64,000 nucleotides of DNA from a virus. This document shows positions 58,368 through 64,000 of this stretch, one piece after another. Where the stretch lies: positions 24,348 to 88,347 of IMG/VR virus record IMGVR_UViG_3300044827_000008. One strand, written 5' to 3'. The notes under the pieces are model-generated. The model saw only the letters and a list, made by a program, of their open reading frames with translations, did not search any database and was not told where the DNA came from. Made by a program: the position numbers and the translations under genes. The stretch's first letter is position 1. Each line of letters starts with the position of its first letter.

Positions 58368-58919
58368 TTAGTTCTCGTCGTACTGGAGGGTGAGGGTGGC
58401 GGTCGCCGTATCTCCGGCGGCTGCTGAGGTGGTCGTCTGAAGTTGGGTCGTCAACCAATTCGAATAGCATGGATTCGTAGCCATCGAAGCCGCCTTGCCT
58501 GTCGCTTCCGGGCCGGTCGCGCCGAACCACACGGCGACGCCGGAGCCGATCGCGATCACGGCAGTCATATCGGTCGTGAGGCCGGTATCTGCAACCTGTG
58601 ACGGCGTGACGTAGGTATAGGGACCGGCTGACGTGGTAGCGGCTGGCTGTCCCTTGAGGGTCAGGCCGGTGCCGAGCGCGCCCGCTGTATGTGCAAAGAG
58701 TCCGTTAAGAATCTGGTTGAAGGTGCCACTGAAGTGACCGAACTGATTCTTTTGGAACGAGTTCTGTCCAGCAACAATCGGGTTCGAGGAGTACGCGGTC
58801 GTCGAGTCGTCGATGGCCTTCCAGTTGACTTCGGTGCGGGCCGATGTGCGCGTAGTGCCTTTAGCGGGCGATCCGGTCGCCGCGCCGTTGTCCTCTTCAA
58901 ACTCAAAGGTCGCTGCCAT
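58368..58919 (-). CDS. Putative virion structural protein
   Basis: Thr/Ala/Gly-rich, ends LTLQYDEN; own promoter. Confidence 0.7.
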   Translation of the reverse strand: MAATFEFEEDNGAATGSPAKGTTRTSARTEVNWKAIDDSTTAYSSNPIVAGQNSFQKNQFGHFSGTFNQILNGLFAHTAGALGTGLTLKGQPAATTSAGPYTYVTPSQVADTGLTTDMTAVIAIGSGVAVWFGATGPEATGKAASMATNPCYSNWLTTQLQTTTSAAAGDTATATLTLQYDEN

Positions 58920-58930
58920 GTCTTCTCACA

Positions 58931-58939
58931 AGCCTAGCA
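58931..58939 (-). promoter_or_regulatory. Extended -10 TGCTAGGCT
   Basis: Intergenic, 11 nt upstream of the 58919 ATG. Confidence 0.55.
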
Positions 58940-58956
58940 TGGTTCTCTGAACCACG

Positions 58957-59232
58957 TTATTCGGCCTGACCATCCTTCGTTCCGCGCACAGGTGTCTCCA
59001 CTACCGGATGACTCGGCGTGCGATCGGGAACGGTCTTAAGGCCGGTCTTCACCGCCTCATCCTTGCGCTCCGTACTTGGGGTACTCACGATTTCCTTCGT
59101 CTCGATGTCCATGATGGTTGCCTCCCGGAATGGTTGATCACTTTCGAGTATACCGCCCTTAAACTCGGGACGACCGTGAAGGGGTATGTCATCGAACATT
59201 TCACCGCGCCGCACTGGTCGGAAATCAGGCAT
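58957..59232 (-). CDS. Small hypothetical head-region protein
   Basis: ORF MPDFRP... Confidence 0.55.
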   Translation of the reverse strand: MPDFRPVRRGEMFDDIPLHGRPEFKGGILESDQPFREATIMDIETKEIVSTPSTERKDEAVKTGLKTVPDRTPSHPVVETPVRGTKDGQAE

Positions 59233-59244
59233 ACCCTCGATGAT

Positions 59245-59276
59245 AAACGAAAGGCCCCCGCTCTCGCGAGGGCCTC
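59245..59276 (-). terminator. Intrinsic terminator
   Basis: AGGCCCTCGC-GAGA-GCGGGGGCCT followed by TTCGTTT on the minus strand. Confidence 0.65.
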
Positions 59277-59297
59277 TCATGTTTGCGGTGGCTTGGG

Positions 59298-60092
59298 TTA
59301 CGAAGCAACGCCGGTCGCGCTGACTGTGTTCTTCGTATGGTCGATCTCGTGGAGCAGGCGGTCTACCCGCGTGCCCTGGTTGGCGAGAGCCGGTGCAACT
59401 TCGGTCAAGCTGTTGGCGGTCATCGCCCCCGTCGAGGGATTGATCGTGACAGTGCCAGTCGAAGAAACGATGTCGCTGACGAGGGTCTTGCCCCCGCCTT
59501 CACCCGCCTGAGTGTCACCCTCATCCGGGATGATGGTCTGCTGCATGTCTCCACTCGGAAGGTCGGCGGTGTCGCGCGCTGCGGCAGTCGCTCCAACCGA
59601 AGTCGTGGCATCGACCGTGGTCTGTGTGACAACTCCACCCACTCGGGCGTAAGTCACCTGACCCTTCGTCTGTCCCGCACTGGCGTACGCTGCACCAGTG
59701 AACGGATTCGTTGTCGAGTGAGCAGTCTCACCCGACGTTCCGGCTGCCGCTCCAGTCGCACCAGACGCCTTGACGGCGGTTGTGGTCGCGGCTGAGGTCG
59801 AGTCGGTGTTGGCACCAGAAACCTGATGCGCGGTGATGGTGGCCTTGTACAGGATACCGGCCTGGAGCTTGTTAGCGGGCGATCCCACGAGTTCCGTGGT
59901 TGCGCCTGTTCCCGCAACCCTGCTGACGACCTTCGTTGACTCTGCAAGGTCGTAGTCCGAAGAGGTCTTCGGAGTCTGTGGGTACATCGTGATCGTGTAC
60001 TGGTCGGCATTCGCGACCTGAGTCCACGCGACTTCAAGCCCCTCTGGTTCCTTCACCAGTGTTGGAGCAACTACTGTTGCGAGTGCTGTCAT
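59298..60092 (-). CDS. Capsid decoration-like protein with an Fn3-like domain
   Basis: VAWTQV.NA.QYTI...LQAG..Y...ITA Fn3 pattern, directly after the capsid gene. Confidence 0.65.
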   Translation of the reverse strand: MTALATVVAPTLVKEPEGLEVAWTQVANADQYTITMYPQTPKTSSDYDLAESTKVVSRVAGTGATTELVGSPANKLQAGILYKATITAHQVSGANTDSTSAATTTAVKASGATGAAAGTSGETAHSTTNPFTGAAYASAGQTKGQVTYARVGGVVTQTTVDATTSVGATAAARDTADLPSGDMQQTIIPDEGDTQAGEGGGKTLVSDIVSSTGTVTINPSTGAMTANSLTEVAPALANQGTRVDRLLHEIDHTKNTVSATGVAS

Positions 60093-60216
60093 TTTATTTT
60101 CATCTCCTCAAGATGTTTGGTTGTCTCCCCTTAGTCTAGTCCGTAGACCTTGGCCCCGCATTTCTGCGGAGCCTTGGCCTGCGGTTGGGGGGAGGGGGTG
60201 ATGTCTGTTTCGTCGG

Positions 60217-62307
60217 TTACGGCATGTCCGAGACAACGTACAGAGCCGACGGCTGCCGAGCCGCTGTGAATCCGAGGCGCTCTTCGCCCCTGAACCACGT
60301 CTGGTTCTGCTCGAACGAGGTTCCGGCTTCGGATGACACGTCGAGGGTGACTCCGGTGCGCTCCAAAACGTAGCACTCCGAAAATGCGCCGACGATCATG
60401 TTGCCTTCACCGCTGGTCGTGTCGAGGTTCGCGTCCGCATAGACGGGAAGACCCCACACGGTTCCCTGCGGTCCGCCCTGCGAGGGCATGCTGGAGTACC
60501 CGCCTCCAAGGCCGCCGGGGTTGTCCTGAAACGCGCGGTTCGCAGGCGAGGCTGCGGCAAAGAACGTTGGCTCGAAGATGTATCGACCCACGGTGTCCTT
60601 CGCGGTGCGAAGCAGGTTGAGGTGGATGGGGTGGATCAGGATTGCTTCGGGGTCACCGAAGTAGTTGGCCTGAATGGCTGTGATGGCTCCGGCAAGCGCG
60701 TCCGCGACGGACTGCGAACCGAGGTCCCCACCGAGAACGTTGGACGTGTTCAGGATGCCAGTCGGCATACCCGACCCGGTGCCCGCCAAGAACGCGATGT
60801 CCTCAGCCTGACCGAGCAAACGCCCGAGGTCCTTGCGAACGATCATGTCAACGGCTGGGGACGAGTCCTCAAGCAGTTGGCGGCTGACCTTGCTGATGCC
60901 TGCGAGGGTGAAGATGTTCACGGCGATCTGACCGAACGTCTGGTCAGTGCTCACCTTCGTCGCGGACTCAGCGGTCCAACCGACTGACGCGATGCCCGTC
61001 TCGCGAGGAATGTAGACCAAGTTGGTCGCGATTCCAGGGATCACGGTACAAAGCTGGCGCACCTTCGCAGCCGCCAAGCGGAACTCTGCGATGCCCTGCT
61101 GCCAGTACACGGGCGGGACGAGAAATCCGGCTGACCCGGAACCCGAACCCAGTGCCTTGATGCCGTACTCCGCAGCCGCCTTCTCGGACATCTCGACGAG
61201 CTTCTCGCGCGCTTCAGTGTCTCCGTTGGCCTTCCGGTAGAGCAAATGAATCATGGACTCATCGCCCCCGGCCTTGGTTCCGGCGGATGCGGTCGTGTCA
61301 GTCGGGAAGACCATCTTCCGGCCACCACGCCATGCGGCGAGCTTCGCGTCAACGAGTTCGCTAACGCGCTTCGCCTCCGCAGCCTTCGTCTCGGCCTCCT
61401 GCTGTGCGGCCTTTGTCTCAGCCTCGATACGAGCCGCTGCCTCAACTTCGGCAGCCTTCTCGATCGCGGTTTCCTTCTGGCTCGTCTCGAACCTGTCGAG
61501 TCGCTCCATAACGGACTTGAACTCCGCAGCCGAAAGCTTGACTTCGCCTTCTGCCGCTGCCTTTGCCTCTTCGGTCATGATTGTTTGCGCCTCCTGTGCG
61601 CTGAATGCCGGGGTTGACGCAACGTCCTTGTACTCCCAATCCGCGAGGCCCTTCTCCGCGATGACCGCGAATAGAGACTTCGGATTGGAGGGAACCGCGA
61701 TGTTGCTGATCTCGTAAAGAGCCACCTCATAGATGGTCTTGAACGCGTCCTTGCCCCTGGTAAAAACGCCACCGATGGACAGCGCCCGGCGCAGCCCACG
61801 CTTGATGTCGTTGTAAGTGGAGAACTTCCACGACTCTTCACCCGCTTCGGGACGAGGGACTTCGGCACGAATCTTCAGACCGATGTTGTCGGTCATCGCC
61901 TTCGTGACCCTACCGAGCACCTGATGACGGTCATGATCCTTGAGTAGGACGGGGTTGTCGTTCAGGTAGTCCGGCAACGACTTGTCGAACGCCGACTTCA
62001 CGATCTCGTCACCGTCGCGATCTTTCGCCCACGTGGACGCGTATCCCTCGATAACGAGCGTGCCGTTGGAAAGTTCCTTGACATCCCACTGCGCAGCCTT
62101 CTCCTCGAAAGATGCATCCCAGTGGAGCGCCTTGGCAATCGGCTCTTCCCATCCGCAGTTCGGGCACGACGCGCGTCCAGCCTTCTCGGCTAGGCCCGTA
62201 CCGCACTTGGGACATTTGTCACCCGCGCCATAGGACGGTGGGACCAAAGCCCCACCGCTTCCGGCTCCGGTTGACATCGCCTTCGTGTCTACTGCCATTT
62301 CTATCAC
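60217..62307 (-). CDS. Fused HK97-type prohead protease, scaffold and major capsid protein
   Basis: EGYAST..DRDGD, DHD, LSIGG, LYEIS..PSNP; coiled-coil linker; GFLVP, WTAE, SRQLLEDS, GTG.GMPTGI, KD..GRYI, FEQNQ..FR.E.R. Confidence 0.95.
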   Translation of the reverse strand: MIEMAVDTKAMSTGAGSGGALVPPSYGAGDKCPKCGTGLAEKAGRASCPNCGWEEPIAKALHWDASFEEKAAQWDVKELSNGTLVIEGYASTWAKDRDGDEIVKSAFDKSLPDYLNDNPVLLKDHDRHQVLGRVTKAMTDNIGLKIRAEVPRPEAGEESWKFSTYNDIKRGLRRALSIGGVFTRGKDAFKTIYEVALYEISNIAVPSNPKSLFAVIAEKGLADWEYKDVASTPAFSAQEAQTIMTEEAKAAAEGEVKLSAAEFKSVMERLDRFETSQKETAIEKAAEVEAAARIEAETKAAQQEAETKAAEAKRVSELVDAKLAAWRGGRKMVFPTDTTASAGTKAGGDESMIHLLYRKANGDTEAREKLVEMSEKAAAEYGIKALGSGSGSAGFLVPPVYWQQGIAEFRLAAAKVRQLCTVIPGIATNLVYIPRETGIASVGWTAESATKVSTDQTFGQIAVNIFTLAGISKVSRQLLEDSSPAVDMIVRKDLGRLLGQAEDIAFLAGTGSGMPTGILNTSNVLGGDLGSQSVADALAGAITAIQANYFGDPEAILIHPIHLNLLRTAKDTVGRYIFEPTFFAAASPANRAFQDNPGGLGGGYSSMPSQGGPQGTVWGLPVYADANLDTTSGEGNMIVGAFSECYVLERTGVTLDVSSEAGTSFEQNQTWFRGEERLGFTAARQPSALYVVSDMP

Positions 62308-62423
62308 TTCCTACAAACGAGATGAGGCGGGACATGGCCCGCCCGTTCACACGGACGAAACGCACGCCCCGCCTCACGAGTCAGCTATTCACCGACTGAG
62401 ACAGTTTGTCTTTACGATTGATG

Positions 62424-62432
62424 ACACTAGCA
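62424..62432 (-). promoter_or_regulatory. Extended -10 TGCTAGTGT upstream of the capsid gene
   Basis: Same TGCTANNNT motif, intergenic. Confidence 0.55.
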
Positions 62433-62462
62433 CACTCACATGTGGTGATGCCACGCACGAGA

Positions 62463-62768
62463 TCAAATCGGGTCGCGGGCACTCACTTCATCATCAGGGA
62501 TGTCGAGGTACGCGGCGTCGATGCCGTACACCGTGACGCCCGGAATTGTTCGCAATGACTTCTCGAAGAGGTCGCCCATCTGTCCCGTGATAACCGGGTT
62601 CACTGTCATGGCGTCAATATTCCTGTCGAGGTTGATCTCGAACATCACGAGCACCATGTGCGCCATCTCGCCGCCGGTCGCGGTCCACTCGCCATCCCTG
62701 AAGACGATGGAGATGGTATCGCCCCCAGACTTCACGTCCGCCTGCCAATCGTATGGTCGTTCGATCAT
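62463..62768 (-). CDS. Small acidic protein coupled to the upstream gene (immunity-like position)
   Basis: TAATG overlap with 62768. Confidence 0.65.
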   Translation of the reverse strand: MIERPYDWQADVKSGGDTISIVFRDGEWTATGGEMAHMVLVMFEINLDRNIDAMTVNPVITGQMGDLFEKSLRTIPGVTVYGIDAAYLDIPDDEVSARDPI

Positions 62769-64000
62769 TACAATGTCGCCAACATTCCAAGTATGAACGC
62801 CTTGTACTGAGCGTCCGTCGTTGGCGAGTTGCGGCTTGGGTTCCGAAGGTTCTCCATACCCATAGTCAGAAGTTCGAAGTTTGATCGCGGAGTCCCACCC
62901 GTGTACAGCTTACCCATATAGATGCTCGCGAACTGATCCTTATATGCCTGCGCGCTGCGGTCGGAGGCTCGCGACCACCTCGTGCCCGTCAACTCACGCT
63001 GCCAGGAATCGAGGCTCTTCGTATTGTCGCGCACTCCATCCGTCGTCGTGCGATCAAGCATGAACTTCCACTCTGCCATCTCGATCGAACGTCCGCCAAC
63101 GTCCTCCATAAAGTGGCCCGTCTCATGTACGGAGGTAGAATCCTTCAACTCCTGTCCCCCCGAACGGTACGTGAGCACCTCTTCGGCGCTACCGGTAGGC
63201 CGTGCCGAGACGCCAATATTCATCTTCTGCGTGCGTGAAATACCAATGGTTCGACCAAAGGCACGCTGATACCATTCAGTCGGGTAGTAGGCCGTCGCCC
63301 GCTCGAATGATGCTATCGCCGTTTTCGCGCCACGGCCCACGGTGCCGACCTCCAACTTAGAGCCGAAGGGGCGAATCTCGCTGAGGACCTGAATGGCGAC
63401 CCTTCCATCCGCGAGACGATCTAGGCGAGCTACCTCCATCAGTGCCGCTTCCGCCTTCGCACTGACGCGAGATAGGTCGTCATATACTGCCCGCAATTCT
63501 CGAAGCTGCGCGTTGGTTTCCTCGTACTGCTGGTTCATTTTCTGATACGCCTCGCTCGACTTGTCGAGGGTCATCCAACTCGTGTCATTACGAATCGAAA
63601 ATGTCTGGGATGCGCGCTGAGAGTAATCAGCCTGCGCGACGCTCATCGCAGCCCGCGCGATCGCGGCATCACGATTCAACCGTTCAAGTAGCAGGGGGTC
63701 AGGCGCATGACCAATCGCGGTACGTCGCCCAATCTCTTCCTGCACATCGCGTCCAACCGCCTGCATTGCCGCCATGTGCTCCGTAAGAACACGCGTGGTG
63801 GCGGTGAGGTCGCTCTCATGCTTGCCGTACTCCGCTCGCACACTTTCGGGAAAGAGCATGCCATCCCGCTTGGCAAGCTCCGCAACGCGGGTTAGTGATT
63901 CTCGCGCGTAGGCCGGGAATTTGGTCGGGTCCGCGAGGCCCGCCGCAAGGTGAGCGCCCTGCGAATCCCGCTGAGTTGCCGCAAACTGCGCGAGCTTGAT
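62768..64000 (-). CDS. C-terminal part of a large head-region protein (probably MuF-like) with a HExxH zincin-like domain; 5' end lies outside the window
   Basis: Frame is open to the window edge; SVHETGH..E...YMGKLY...ELLTMGME. Confidence 0.7.
   Translation of the reverse strand: MKLAQFAATQRDSQGAHLAAGLADPTKFPAYARESLTRVAELAKRDGMLFPESVRAEYGKHESDLTATTRVLTEHMAAMQAVGRDVQEEIGRRTAIGHAPDPLLLERLNRDAAIARAAMSVAQADYSQRASQTFSIRNDTSWMTLDKSSEAYQKMNQQYEETNAQLRELRAVYDDLSRVSAKAEAALMEVARLDRLADGRVAIQVLSEIRPFGSKLEVGTVGRGAKTAIASFERATAYYPTEWYQRAFGRTIGISRTQKMNIGVSARPTGSAEEVLTYRSGGQELKDSTSVHETGHFMEDVGGRSIEMAEWKFMLDRTTTDGVRDNTKSLDSWQRELTGTRWSRASDRSAQAYKDQFASIYMGKLYTGGTPRSNFELLTMGMENLRNPSRNSPTTDAQYKAFILGMLATL

Overview
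The window is a 64-kb slice of a GC-rich, long non-contractile-tailed (siphovirus-like, HK97-fold) dsDNA phage genome. No host genes, integrase, endolysin, portal, large terminase or family A/B DNA polymerase are recognisable inside it. Layout: (i) 1-31.0 kb, minus strand: many small hypothetical genes, seven tRNA or tRNA-like genes, a repeat-rich non-coding island at about 8.0-8.5 kb, an NrS-1-type primase-polymerase fused to an internal PD-(D/E)XK-like domain and a RepA/AAA_25 helicase (with an iteron-like cluster at its 3' end), TerS-like, NDT, MazG, RuvC, ECF sigma, HAD phosphatase, Rnl2-type RNA ligase, HNH, oligoribonuclease, exonuclease and SSB-like genes. (ii) 31.5-38.4 kb, plus strand: a probable early unit whose genes are separated by a family of structured non-coding cassettes, ending in tRNA-Gly, tRNA-Asp and a terminator. 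(iii) 38.4-64 kb, minus strand: morphogenesis genes (probable MuF-like C-terminus, protease-capsid fusion, a head-appendage-like module with a 14-aa repeat protein, connectors, tail tube, frameshifted chaperones, tape measure, tail tip, three paralogous lectin-like receptor-binding domains, holin-like genes). The most novel-looking signal is the set of at least five intergenic cassettes with the architecture GAGCGGCC-hairpin, then a 12-19 bp closing helix, then a different structured cargo (two cargos carry tRNA T-arms). Several tRNAs are also non-canonical (C33, bulged acceptor stems, a His anticodon on Pro-like acceptor identity elements). All protein calls come from reading motifs by eye; no database searches were run.
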